A DNA stretch of 64,000 nucleotides from Sphagnum compactum (lineage: Eukaryota). The stretch lies in NCBI GenBank assembly GCA_965153455.1, contig OZ234493.1:35454213-35518212 (forward strand). Direction: 5' to 3'. Shown here piece after piece: positions 11,700-25,400 of this stretch. The position numbers were made by a program, and so were the translations under genes. The notes beneath the pieces are model-generated. The model was not told the DNA's origin, ran no database searches, and worked only from the letters and a program-made list of their open reading frames with translations. Each line of letters starts with the position of its first letter. The first letter of the stretch is position 1.

Positions 11700-13600
11700 A
11701 CACTTCTGGTCTTCTTATTTCACTTCCTAAATGTTTGGTACTGTAATTATTCGGACTGTCCCATTCCCTTGTATGGTAAGAGTGTTACTTCCCCAATCAT
11801 GTGCCACTTTAGCATCCCTCAACCATGGTCTCCCCAACAACATGGAATAACTAGAATCTACCACACTATTCTGAAGTATAGTAAACGTAATTATGTAAGG
11901 AATGCCATGATATATCTTCCGATCTTTGATCAACCCCACTAGTTTTGTGATTGTTTAATTTGCAATCCTCAAATTATATGGTACAGGTTTAGGCCTTGGA
12001 AGCCCCAACCTCAATCTCACCTTTTCTATGATAATATTAATTCCAAAACCTCCATCTAGTAACACTCCTATTGTATTCTTCCCAATCTATACTTGGATAA
12101 CTACCATATGGTTATCTATTACTACAGTAGCTGACCCTACATCTGGTACTGAAGAACCAACTTCTTTCTCTGTGGTTGCTTTATTTATATTCTGAGTTTT
12201 CTCTGGTTTCAATTCCTACCAAAGATATTTTTTTAATTAGGAGCTATTTTAAGCAATTGTCCTAAGTTCAAAGTATAACATATTTCTAACATCTTATTAC
12301 TAATGTCGAAAAAAAAATTTCTATTGTGATTAATTTCCCTTGTGAATTCACTACTTTTGAGATTTTTGTGCATCCACAAAAGTAGTATGTGGCATATTCG
12401 GCCAGGTTGTGTTCCATCCTTCCATGGATGTGGATGGCACTTTGATTTGGGTTTATGTTTTCTGATTCTGTTGAATTGTCTCCACCATAGACTGCTTCAA
12501 CCACTCTTCTTTCTCCCAATTAGCAACATTCTTTGCTTTTCTTAGCTCTCTATCCTTGAATAATTGTTTTTCAATTACTTTATTCCTTGTGGTAACATTA
12601 ACATGCACCACATTCACATCCGCAATGACTGTTTGTGTCTTAGCAATAGGTTGAACCTTTATTACTGTCACAAATTTCCCATGAAACATTTTTTGCATCT
12701 CCACAAACTTTGGACAATCTATCATTTTATGGCCATTCAAACCACAAATGTGACATGCATATGAAGATGTCTTCTATGCTTTTTGATTTGGTTGTGCCGC
12801 CTCTGTGGTTGCCATCGTGCTATGCTCTTTCTTCTTTCTGCATGTCTCCACCTTGTGATTTGTCATCCCATAATTTGTGTAATGTTTGTCAATATTCCTT
12901 GTACTACTTTGTGTTTTTACTAATACTACTTGCTTGATATTCTGTGGTATTGATAATGCACTCCTTGCTTTTGTAATCGTCATACCTTCTTCACACAACA
13001 TTGTCACCTCCTTCTGCTATTGTAATGTTGATTGCTTCATTCATGTAGTCGCAATTCTGAGGTATGATTGCAAACCTGCTCTAAACACAATAGTTAGAAA
13101 ATTGTTTGTGGTTGGTACTTGTAAACCATGGGCTAGCTTCTGAATCTACTCATAGTAAACCTCCACCCATTTAGTCTCCTCTTGCTTTGTGTTCTTCAAC
13201 CCTATGTATATTTGCTCATCATTTTGAGTCTTCCGATGACGTTTGTAAATTGCTTGTGTAAGCTCTGAAAAAGTACAGTCAAGAAATTCTAACATGTAAT
13301 CATGGCACTAGTCTGATGTCGTATCACTTAGCATATAGCTAAATGAATTGATGATATACTCTTTAGAAGTCTCTGCATTTGCTTTTACTGCAAAATTGAA
13401 CACTCTGACATGAACATTTGGATCATCATCTTTTTTGAAATTAGGATACTTAAGAGCTACCATGTTTGGCCTAAAATAATGGCCATCTCTGTGATCAAGA
13501 ATTGGTGCAATTACAACAATTGGTTCTTGGTATCCTCCTCTTGAATGCATGGCATTTGCACTTTTGCACCCTCTAGCAACCATTGAACTCATTTGTGGTC
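11700..13600 (-). pseudogene. Gypsy gag and aspartic-protease region, disrupted
   Basis: LKYPNFKKDDDPNVHVRVF gag-like start, two CCHC-type knuckles, VLLDGGFGINII and YSMLLGRPWLRDAKV. Homologous to 58380-60190 (+). Confidence 0.85.
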
Positions 13601-14264
13601 AATTTGCAGTCCTATTCCCATGAAAAGCCATTATCAGATTAGCAAATACCATTTCAAGTATGCCAACAACTCCAATAGTAGCTGCTGGTAGCGCCAAACT
13701 TCGATTCAGATTCCTTCTTGTTGAGATTCCACCTAATCCGTTACCTAATTTTGTTGTAGATCCAATTAGTACGCCCCTTTTGACAACATTTATGCTAGGT
13801 GTAGTAATTGTTTCCACTCCTATGGTTGTTATACTTGCATTAAGTGATCGAGTAACTCTTACTCTAGCATGTTGTCTTCGGGTTTCAACAACTACCGCTT
13901 TTGACACTATTGGTGAAGATTTGTTGATTCAAGATCGATGTTGTTCCAGTCCGTGGTTACCCATTGGTATCCTCTATGGTGCAGTATGTGGATGCGAATA
14001 CCCCTTTAGTTTTTTGCTCCTGGTTTGAATAGATGAACAAATATGTCAACTTTGTAATCCCAATTGGCTTCCCAACTCCATGCTTCTAAATCTGTTCTAG
14101 ATGGCAAGAATTCCTGATTCGTGTTCTTGTGGTTGATCTATTAATGTTCTTGCCACATTCTATAACCCCACATGCCTAGCAATACCTGCTCTGATGTGAA
14201 AACGCACAAAAGGATAATCCATGATACATGTCCTTCTTCCTCACAAAATGCACCGCCAAGTGTA

Positions 14265-15335
14265 ATAGGAAACCCATGTGGCATAGGCACTAGTGATATA
14301 TTACACCTTAGACATAGGTTGAATGACACATGTCGTAGTGATATAGACTTATGTTGAAGTGATAGAGGATGGGTGATAGCGTCTTGTTGTGAGAAATTGT
14401 AAAACGTCACTACATGTTGTGATTGATAGGGGTTCAAAGGAGTAGCACATGAGGCGGAGAAAGAGGTGAAATGTGCAAGCGTGTATATCAAAGGTACCAT
14501 TTGATCTGAAAAGTCCATGTGTATGTTTGAACATCTTTTTAGCAAATTTCAGAATATAGGGCTAACGTATATGACAAGTAGAGTCTATGGCATTGAGACT
14601 AGGTGTAAAATGATTAGACTTTAATGATACAAGCCTAAATGATGCACAAACCTCAAGCCCTAGAGTGAAATAAACTTGGTTTAAGTGACATAAACTTGAA
14701 ATAAACTTAGTGAAACATGTTTGATTAACACAAGCCCTAATGACATAGACATGAATGACATATGTTAAGTGACACATGTGAGGTTTTATTGGCATACACC
14801 CTAGTGACATATAACACTAGTCAAACCCAAGTGACAATATAAACTTGAGTGACATAGGTGGAGTGAAATGGGCATTATTGGCATAGGCCATAATGACTTA
14901 TTATAGTAAGCCCAAATGTGGTCGGAAACCCATTTGGCATAGGCCTTAGTGGCAGAGGCACTAGCGATGTATTACACCTTAGTGACATAGGTTGAGTGAC
15001 ACATGTAGTGATATAAACCTATGTCTCAGTGATAGAGTATGAATGAAAGAAGACCTAATGATATAAATTTAGTTCCTAGTGATAGAGGTCGAATGACACA
15101 TGCCATAGTGATATAGACCTATGTGCTAGTCAGAAAGGATGATTGAAAGAGGACCTAATGATATAGACCTTGATTGTAGTGATAAAGGTTGAGTATTACA
15201 TGTTACTGACATAGGCCTTAGTGATTTATTACACTTTAGTGACATAGGTTGTAGTGATGTAGACCTAGGTCCTAGTGATAGAAGATGAGTGACATAGGAC
15301 CTAGGTCCTAGTGATAGAGGTTGAATGACACATTG
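14265..15335. repeat. Degenerate short-unit array (tagtgata/gacataggt/gaatgacaca) with a ~100-bp direct repeat
   Basis: ggaaacccat(g/t)tggcatagg...ttacacctta..gacataggttga occurs at ~14268-14368 and again at ~14924-15036. Many agtgatag/gacatagg copies in between and after. Confidence 0.75.
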
Positions 15336-15432
15336 TTAAAGGTATAATTATTGGACCCTTGGTTGGTTTTTTACTATTTATCGTAGTCTAATAGTTACTA
15401 TTTTACTATTTTTTCTACTATATATTATGTAG

Positions 15433-18180
15433 GGTTGGCAACCAAAGGGTATTGAGGGTACCCCATTTGTTCTACACACATAATACCCCGCAAGTCTAAG
15501 GCACTACAAAAGAATGTGTACAGATGCCAACATAGGAGATGGTTGCCTAAAGATCATGAGTTTCATAGGGACTTGGTAGCGTTTGATGGGGTTCGAAAGA
15601 TGGGCCAACCTCCACCAAAGGTGACAATTGTTGACATTTTTAGGGAAGCTGAATTAAAGGCGCAATGGCTTGTTGGTGGGGGCCGTCCAGCAAAAGAAGA
15701 CCCTGCCAAGAGGACTAGGATCAAGAGAGTATCCATCCTATTTGAACTAGAGTATTGGAAGGTACTAGAATTATTGAAACTTTTGAAATTCCTTCATGAA
15801 TTGAAATTTCATTCAACTTGAACAATATTTAAACAAGGCCATTCAATTTTGCTCACATAATTGTCCCCATTATATAATAGCCATGATTGTGCAATGTCAA
15901 GCTTCCAAGATGAAAATTTAGTAATAGGCCCATGAAACAGATCACTTCAACATATTGTCAACAACTAGCAACACAATCATTGGAATGTTAATCCCTGGAA
16001 AGTCAATCCCTGGAAAGTCAACCAAATGACTTAGATGTCACTAAAGAATCACCAAAACTTGCATCTATGGGTGCACCCAATGATGAACACTCAAGGGCTA
16101 TCATATGGTCACTTGTATTGTTTATGGACATGCTACAAAATAATGTTGTGGGTGATAATAAATGAAGAGAGGGCAATGAGTCCATAGAAATAGCAAGTTG
16201 CACAAAGTAACTTAGATGGAGTTAAATGTAATGGGTGCATCTATTGTGGGCAATGTAGGAACTACCTATTTGAAACACTTTGGATGTGATGCATGTGGAG
16301 CAAAATGTTTTAAATAACCTCTTGAAATATTTAATTGGGGAAAATGACACAATGGACGTGCGAAAGGACATGCAAGAGGCTAGTGTACACCAACATTTGT
16401 GGTTACAATCAAGGCTTGGATCATTTAACTATTTCAAACTGGCAACCCTTTATGTCTTTACAAGGAGGAGAACAAGTCTTTCCTAGAATTTGTTTCTAAT
16501 ATTCGAGCTCCAATAGGATATGTTATTGCTTTTAGGAAACATGTGGGCCCAAAGAGGTTGTATGCCATGAAGAGCCATGACCACCATGTTATGGTTCAAC
16601 AAATATTACCAGTGAGTGTGCGGGATTTGTTACAAACATGCTTGAGAATGGCAATCATACAACTTGAAAAATTATTTCAAAGAATTTGTGCTAAGGTGTT
16701 GAACCCAAAAGACCTTGTGGCATTGCGAACATATGTAACGGAAATAATATGTTTGTTTGAAATATGGTTTTCACCAGGGTTCTTTGACATGATGACCCAC
16801 TTGATTATCCGTCTTGTAGATGAACTAAAAATATGTGGGCTAGTAGGTGCTAGGTGGTGCTACCCAATGGAGGGATATATATCAATCTTAAAAAAAAGTG
16901 AGGAACAAGGCTAGGCCAGAAGCTTGCATGGCATTTGGTTACATGTACGACGAAGCTCTAGGGTTTTGCACATAATATTTTGCATTGTATTTGCACATGC
17001 GTCATCGCATTTGGGACGTTAATGAAAAGGAGGTAGACATTGATGAGGTGTTGAAAGGGCATGTTCAGTTTAAGAGATTGAATGCAATGGAGCTAGAAGC
17101 AATACATGAACATGTCATCACAAATTATGTGGCAGCAGATGCATTATACATATATACATTTCAAACATCAACATGTTGGTGGATTTGTGGTGGATTTTTT
17201 GTCCATAAGATTATAGTGCAAATGACATAATAATATAACATATGCATAGTGGAACATGGTGCTAAAAGGTTCCTAAAGTGGAATTATATAGTTTAACTTT
17301 AATTAGTGGGAGTGATTGTTTAGTGGAATGTGTTAGTGGTGGGAGTGATTTGCATAGGTGGCATGGGCATGGGCCCATTGTGTGGCCACTTCATTTGGCA
17401 CAAGAAATCCCAACATTTGCAAGGTGGTTGTTGGATCATGTTAGGACACAAATGACAAATGGAAGGCAATAGACCCCAAAGTGGTGGTTTATTCTCACCC
17501 ACCATCAACATTGGCATATACATACAACAATATGTGGGCATATGGAAACCACTACAGGGTTGATGTGAGACAAGGCCAACACATGCCACATATGACAATG
17601 GTGTTGCATGCATATTCAGGCAAGCTAGCTGCAATTCTATACAAGATAAGAACATTGTAATGGCCAATTTGCATTATGTGGGTGTGTTAAAAGAAATAAT
17701 TGTAATGTCCTACACTGGCCAACGTGTAACATTGATGAAATATTCATGGATACTTGTCCACATGTAAGGGAATTCAAAAACCATGCAAAAAGATGAACAT
17801 GGATTTTGGGTAGTGTACCACAGGTGATGGGTGAATGCAAACCTAGAATCTCATGTGTTCCTAACAGTGGTCTCACAAGTACAGTTCAGCCATGACCACA
17901 ATGCTTGTAAAATATATTCTATTGGATAAGAAATATCCAAAATTGTGTATATATGAAGGCTGGCCCCACTTGGTGTAATGATGACCTAAACAATACATGG
18001 GTCTTAAATGGGGGCATGTCAATATCTTTACCATGCACACATCTTCCATTGTCTACCCATTAATTAATTGTTTAATCATTGTAATTTGTAGGTGTTTTTA
18101 TAAAGGATAAGGTGAATGGTGGAGACTGGTGGGTAGTTGTGCAAAAGGAACCTCATGTTTGACATGTAGTAGCTATGGTG
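15433..18180 (+). pseudogene. CACTA (En/Spm) TNPD/Tnp2-type transposase pseudogene with spliceosomal introns
   Basis: After tgtag| the frame reads GLATKGY..G.PIC, HRRWLPKDHEFHRD...FDG and SILFELEYWK|gt (donor 15762). It resumes at ag|ELPI*NTLDVMHVEQN (16259), then AMKSHDHHVMVQQILP and FFDMMTHLIIRLVDELKICG...RWCYPME. These are conserved Tnp2/DUF4218-type motifs. Confidence 0.9.
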
Positions 18181-19029
18181 GAGGACATCACGCTTGGGGC
18201 AGACACATATGGGCAAGGCATTATGGCATTTGCAGACCTTCAAGTTGATGCTGAAGATCATGATCCAAGTAATGCAAATGAAGGGGAAGAGGTTGCTACA
18301 ATAGAGGTGGAATGTGTGGACGCTTTAGTTGAGGGGGGGGTTCCAATTTGGATGATGTTGTCACTGAAAGGTGTGAGTTGTATGCAAGTTGGTTCATTAT
18401 TTTTTCAAGTTTGCAATGTAGGGAGGTTATAGTTATGACTTAACTATATGATGTACATAATTCCACTAGGCATTGTGGGAAAGTCGAACAATGATTAATC
18501 CACATATGGATCAATTAATGTGTATGTGCATATTTGGGGTATAAAATGATACAAATTATATTTATCCACTCATTTTGTACCAATTGTCATTGCTGCAAAT
18601 GATCCTTGAGTTGTCATCTAATGCATGCATGACCCAATAATCCATACTTGAATATTGGCAATGAAGGTAGTTGGTGACATGTCCTTGTTGGTTGTTTTGA
18701 ATAAATGGGGTTGGATACATGTAAATGACCACACTTAAATGACCACATGGCTACCTACATGGGGAACCATATTTGGAACATGTATGTAAATGGATAAATG
18801 TAGATGAACATGTATGTTCCATCACAATGCATATGAATGTAAGTGGGATTGGTCATATGAATGGAGTATTCCATTCATCTCAATATGTACATACATGAGC
18901 AAGGCAAGTGGTCTTTTCATAGGTTACTGCCCTGTAAGGAAAAAGGTAATACTAGTGTAGACCAAAAAATTTAATAAATTAGAACATATTTTAAAATATA
19001 TATGCATGTGAATACATGAAGAAATTGAA

Positions 19030-19295
19030 TGGAGTGGCAAGGTCTAGTGGGATCCCAGTAAAATCCAACAATGGTGGGATTAGAGTGGAAGGCATGGTGA
19101 TGTCTGTACGAAGTCTGGTGAAAAAATGGACGTAGTGACAACCATTGGGATCCCATTAAAATCCAATAGTAAGTGGGATAAGAGTGGAAGGTGGTCACTT
19201 CTGTCCACGTGTAGTGATTTGTGGCATGTCCAATTCCATTAGAATTGAAATTGGGTGGAATCATGTTGTGGTTTCAACCACAATTTGTTGTAGTG
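19030..19295 (+). mobile_element. Right end of the CACTA element (subterminal repeats plus TIR)
   Basis: Ends ...caatttgttgTAGTG (19295), whose reverse complement is CACTACAACAAA. It is preceded by repeated tgggatccca/aaaatccaa/gagtggaagg motifs and lies ~1.1 kb past the transposase. No matching left end was found. Confidence 0.7.
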
Positions 19296-22200
19296 TTTGT
19301 TATGGTGTTACATTAACTTTGCACATCATGTTGATGTTGTTGATGATTCCTTGTGACCTAATTCCATTATTTCAAAAACCCTATGAAATAATTCACAAAG
19401 ATATATGAGTTTACTTGATAATTGATTGATTATTAAACTAAACAAAAAAAGGTATTTAAGTTATGAATGATAGTTAGAAATTATTCAAGATAGGCACATG
19501 AATCAAAATATAATTATCATCCTAGGACAAGGTTGACCAAACTTGTTTTCTAAGAAAATAATTAGCAATTAAATAGGTTTCCATTGATAATAGATAAAGA
19601 TGCATGATTTAACAGAAAAATGGAAAACAATACAAAACCTCCTTAATTTAAACCTCCTAATTTAGTAATTGAACATACTAACATCTTATACATAAATTTT
19701 TATTCTATTTTTTGAATACCATGGGCTAACATATACCTTTCATTAATTGTATTTTAATTTTCATAATAAACATAAGGCTACTAAAGAATTAATTAAATTA
19801 TAATTTTTACCCAAAATTTAACATATGGGACTTTATCATTATGAAAAAATAGGTGTTTTATAATTAGGCTTGTAATTGGGTTTAAATTGTAATTTTGAAT
19901 TCTAATGACCACTTGCAATTGAATGTATTTTTATAATTTTAGTGCTATCGAATGAATTGCAAGAGTTGTAACAACACAACTCAATGTATATGAAACTATA
20001 TACATATGCAATTCGTGCAACTATGTTGCAATTAAATCATTACAACTATCGTGTTAATATGTTATAAATATTATGCCACTACTTGCAACTTATGTGTCAT
20101 TACATTGTAATTACTATGTCATTATGTTGCAATTATTGTGCCACTATGTTGTAACTGTTGTGCAATTACATAAGCAACAATGTGTGGACGTGGTAATGAT
20201 GTGCTAACAAATCATCAATGGGCACATAACAATTCTAAATTTATTTTGATATTTTTTTAATAGTTTAATTTTAATCATTCAGTTTAAGGTTGATAAGATG
20301 TTGACATGTGGCACTTAAGTCAATAAATAAGTAGGCTTAAAATAGGTAGACATTACTACCTACCATTCTTAGGTTGGGTAGGTAGGTAGGCAAGCTTAGT
20401 TAAGTAAGTAGGTCATTTGGGATAATCCTATGTTATTTTGGGTTTAATGTTTAAGGCCAAACCTTTTTTTATTGGCTTATTCCAAATGTTATTTGTTTAA
20501 AAAAATTCCTAATGCATTTAATTACATATTTTAGAAATTTGAAGGTAGGACAAAAAAATATGGGATAAAACATTATCGTATCTTAGTCACAACTCATTTA
20601 CATCAGAAGGAATTTTGTCCTTTGCAACCAAGAAATCAATGATTAGATGTCTTAAACAACTATATAATTAACTATAGTCATAGGATATTACTTCAAATCC
20701 TACGTGGGAAAAGTTGTAATCATATATCAACGGTGTATTTGATTAATAGATGATGACGTGGTAAAAAGAATGATGACATCATTTTTTTATTACAAATTTT
20801 CATCCATATGGCATCCATGATTGATGACAAAGTGACATGGATGTCCAAGATATCATTTGAAAATGTGAATAATATAAAATCATTTCAAGTATGACTAAAC
20901 AATAACTATGCAAATGACATGGAAAAAATGATGTGTCATGACATAGACAATGTGGCCATACCATTATTTTACAATGATTTAAAAATAAAATCGAAGTGTA
21001 AAATGTGGGAAATATATAATTTATTTTACATGTGTAAAAAAAACTACTACTTAATTATATTAGATTATATAAATAAAAATTATAATTTCAGATTTTTAAA
21101 ATATTCTAGTATTTATTATTATTATTCAAATTAAATTTAAAATAAGTAAATTATATATTTGTGTACAATATTGAAAGAAATTTAGGAATAAAAATTTTCA
21201 ATTTTTTCATTTGGAAAAATTATCAATAAGATATCAATTATCAAATTTGAGGTTTTATGAAATGGGATGTTTGCACACTATAATGACCTTATATGGACAT
21301 CACAATGGCAATTTTTCTTATATTTTTAGAATAAAATAAAATAAAATAAATTGAAATAATAAAAAAATGATTCATTTATCTAAAGCTATCATAATCAACC
21401 TTTTAAGAATGAAAATCAAATCAAAATCATGGATAGCCAATAAGTAATGGACTTTGGATTTTGCCTAAACTTTTTGTCACACTTGCAAAATTCATGATAT
21501 GGACTCTTATATTATAATGTGTTAGTCTTATGTATTTAAAACTTTGGGATATTGGATGAACAATGTTGAAAAAATTAAAGATCCATTGAATGAATGGAAT
21601 GTGATTTTCATTTATTATGTTATGGATTTTTCCAAATCCCAAAAACTAAAATTATTTAAAAATTTTAAGCACTTAAAAATAATTATTTTAAAAAAATTAT
21701 TTTATGATATTTTTTATATGTCATATAACATCATGACTTGAAATTGGAAATGGAAAAAAATGTTACTTACAATATCATCTAAATATTTATATTTTAAGCT
21801 AGTTTTCAACTACATTGAAAAATGACTTTGAAAAGGAACTTTAATTTGCTGAAATTGAAACACCTTAGTGTGTTTTTTCCCAATTTTTAAATGAAGTATG
21901 GTTTAAATAAAATAAATTATTTACACAACAAATAAAATGGATTGGTGGTAAAAAAATTGAACTCCATCCTTACAGTCCAAGGATCAAATTTCACAAGTGA
22001 CATTTGTTGTGGTCACATTGAAATATTGATTGAATACTTTTTACCTACCTAGATTACCTAGGTTAGGTGGTGATACATGTCAATAATTGATAGGATGAAA
22101 AATAATGAAATGAAAAATAAGTCAAATAAAAATATATCTTATTATTATATATAAATAAATCTATAAAATTAAATATTATAAATTTAAATAATAATGTTGC

Positions 22201-22315
22201 CCAAGTTTTTGGGTCCAATTTGTAATAATAAAAAATAATTTAAAATGACAAAATTATCACTAATGATTTCATATATGTCCTTTATAACTAAAATAATAGT
22301 CATAAATTTAATCAT

Positions 22316-22445
22316 CACTACTACAAAATGTGGGTGTACTTCATTAGTCCCCATTCATTAAACCAGTGAATTCACTGTTTTCCCACTAGGTCCTGTGCAT
22401 TGCGACTAATGAATTCACTCGAAATCTAGTGAAATCACTTGGCAT
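22316..22445 (+). mobile_element. Orphan CACTA-type terminus
   Basis: CACTACTACAAAA followed by attagtccccattca and agtgaattcact subterminal motifs similar to those at 1049-1210. Confidence 0.5.
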
Positions 22446-25400
22446 ACAGGGACACCTTTGTTGTAATGCATATATTTGAAGATTAATATTAATGTTACAC
22501 TTACTACAAGATAGGCTAATGAATGAACATTTAAGCTTTCAAAGAAGTTTCGACCTTTATACATTGTCTTTTTACTTTTCAAATGCAAAAGATTTTTTTT
22601 AATGTCGACTTGGCGCACCTATAGCCATTTAAGTAACTCAAAAAGGACACAAAATGAAAAAGATATGGTTGTCAAAAGTAAACAAGGTCAATGTTTGGTC
22701 ACTAACTTAATTCACATTTTGAAATTCAACACATTTTTTTTTTTCATGGCTTTTTTATGTTCCTCCTTTACCTTTGGAACTCAAATAATTAAAATTGGAT
22801 TTCAACTTGACACACCCACATCACTTTTGATCATTGAAAACATACCAAAAAAAAAATATGAAATTTAAAAATAAAGGGTCATTTAAAAAAAAACACATTA
22901 TGTGATTTCGACATGTTTTATGTTTCTTTTATGTTGTTCCTTTGCCTTTGGAATTGAAACATTTCTTAGCATTCCCATGATGTTTTACATCACACAAAAT
23001 GGATTAAAAATCTAAAATTGTTCAATCACCAACCAATGATTAATGATGGGCAGTTCTACCTTAACATACTCTATTTACTAGGTATTTTAATTACTAATTT
23101 GGAATCTAGATGCTTATGTATTAAAGTGATAATCATGTTATTATTATTATTAAACCTTAAGTTAGTTATTAATTATGAATTATTAACCTTCAGTTATGTT
23201 AGGTTAGGTTATGGTAGCTTAGCCTAAAATTATTATTATTGTAGCTTATAATTGGGTAGTTGCATAAAAATCCAATATAATAGTTGTAAAGTAATTGCAA
23301 AAAAATGACTACTGAGTGTTTCATTTGTTTTAATTTATTATAGCTGTCATATGTGATTCTTGTGCAACTTGCTAACAAAATCAAACATGGTTAACCAAAT
23401 CATACATATGGCATGTGCAAATGCAAAGGTCCATTTTAAGACTAATATGCAATTGCAATATAATTCCATGAATTTTTGACATGGCATTTTATTTTTTAGT
23501 TCCATGTATTTCCATAGGATGGTTGCGATGTAATTGTAGATTAATTGGTTCAAAGTTCTAGTTGTAAAGCAGTGAAATTTCCACAGACACAATTTCTCAT
23601 GGTGTATATTTTGACTCACATATTTTGTAGATTCAAAAAAAAATGTCTTCACCACTTGGCATTTGCTCCATTTAATGTTATCAATAATCAAATCCCCCAA
23701 AAAATAAAATAAAGGTCAAAATGTGATTATATAGATGAAAGGTGAAAACACATTATGGTGACTCCCTTTACCTACAATCACATTGTATTTTTTTCTTGAG
23801 AGTTAATATAGTCTAAAATGAAAAATAAACAATATTATATTGTGTATATAAAAAATTTTCAAATGATTAAATTAATTTCTTTTTTTAAAGTAATATTAAA
23901 TAGCATTAGCTTTGTTAAAATCTAATCCGAAGGCTTGAACACTAAAACTTAAACCCAAAATTAAACGGACGATGTTTTGGGAGGTATATAATATAATATT
24001 AGACCCAAAAAGGCCCAAATGGGGGTCATTATACTGTGTTTTCATTGTGAAAGCTCTTTTCATCCATGCACAATTTCATCCACTAAAACTTTTGGCAGTC
24101 AAAGCAATGGATCTACTATAGGTAGACTTTAATTACAACTTTTAATAGATTTTTCAATCTTCAAAACTAAAATGGCATAAAGGAAATCAAAAGACATCAT
24201 AAGTGTATAGACTACATTGTTTTTTGAATGCACTACCTATTATCCTCTCTTCCCATTCCCATTGAAGATCTTGCACACTTGTTGAGCTTGTATTTTCAAC
24301 TTAAAATTGATGGAACTTGCAAGATACAAAACTTGCATATTTTCAAGGAATGATGTTTGTTCCTTTCATTTGTTGTCTCCACTATAAAACAACCACTTCC
24401 CAAGTTCCAACACCTAAACCTTAATGTTCAAATCTCACCTTTCTAAACTAATCCCATAAAAAAACTGACCTTTTTAATGAAGATGATGTATAAATGCAAG
24501 TTTACATAACTATGGGTAACGTACAAGTCTAAACTTACATTAATGTTGGTGATGGCTAATATTTTCAAAGGAGGGGAGGTGTGAATGAAAGTGATGGGTG
24601 GGGGGTCATGTGGCATCCAACAATGGTGTGGAATTGTTAATGATGGTGACAAATGCAAGACATCTTTTTGATGATTCAAGGGGGTGTGGACCATCAAAAA
24701 TTGGTAATTGTTTCAAATTTGATGATTGAAAATTGTGAAAAACCTTCACACAACAATTGTATTTGTCACAAGTAGCAAAATTTTGCTACAATTTTTTTTT
24801 TGAATATAACATGTATTTGAACAATTTTTTTCATTTCAATATAATAATAAAATCGAAATCTTGAATCATTTAAAAGTTGGATTTCCAATTTCATTTTATC
24901 TATTTTGATCAAATGGGGTCAATATTCAATAAATCTTCAAACTATTTTAATAAATAAAAAAAACAATAGGGTGAAAAACTATATGCATGATACCACTTGG
25001 CCAAATCATTATGGTGAACCAATTAAAAATAATCATTTGTTTTTATTGGGTTTTATAGGGACCATTGTGCCATTTGTAAATTTGTAGGTCTAATGTCCAA
25101 AAAAATGTTGGGCGAATATTGATATTTGATTTAGGTGACCAATTGGATCCTGAGCAATTAATTGAAAATTGATTTGTCTAATATGAATTTTGATGAAAAC
25201 CAATTAAATATCCTTTTGTTTTAATATTAGCTTTGTAAATACCCATCAAAATTTTGTTCATTTAATATCATTTTGAAAAATGGTAATAGCAAGTACCTAC
25301 ATTCAAATGTGAAGCCTTGCATTTCAAACAAGTAGGTCATCTTTAAACCTTAAACTCCTTCTGTCACCAATAACCATAGCCCACAAAAAACTTGCCTACA

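Larger units (their letters stand above)
5700..14085 (-). mobile_element. Degenerate Ty3/Gypsy LTR retrotransposon internal region (gag-PR-RT-RH-INT plus 3' extra ORF); LTRs not identified
   Basis: Domain order on the - strand: gag with CCHC knuckle CHICGLNGHKMIDC (~12715-12757), protease VLLDGG (~12050-12070) and MLLGRPWL, RT with FLDGYSRYHQI and IFMDDF (~10683-10700), RNase H (~9900-10350), integrase [40 protein letters not shown], and a GPY-like WFGLYKL. RT-RH-INT order is diagnostic of Ty3/Gypsy. Many stops and frameshifts. Confidence 0.93.
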
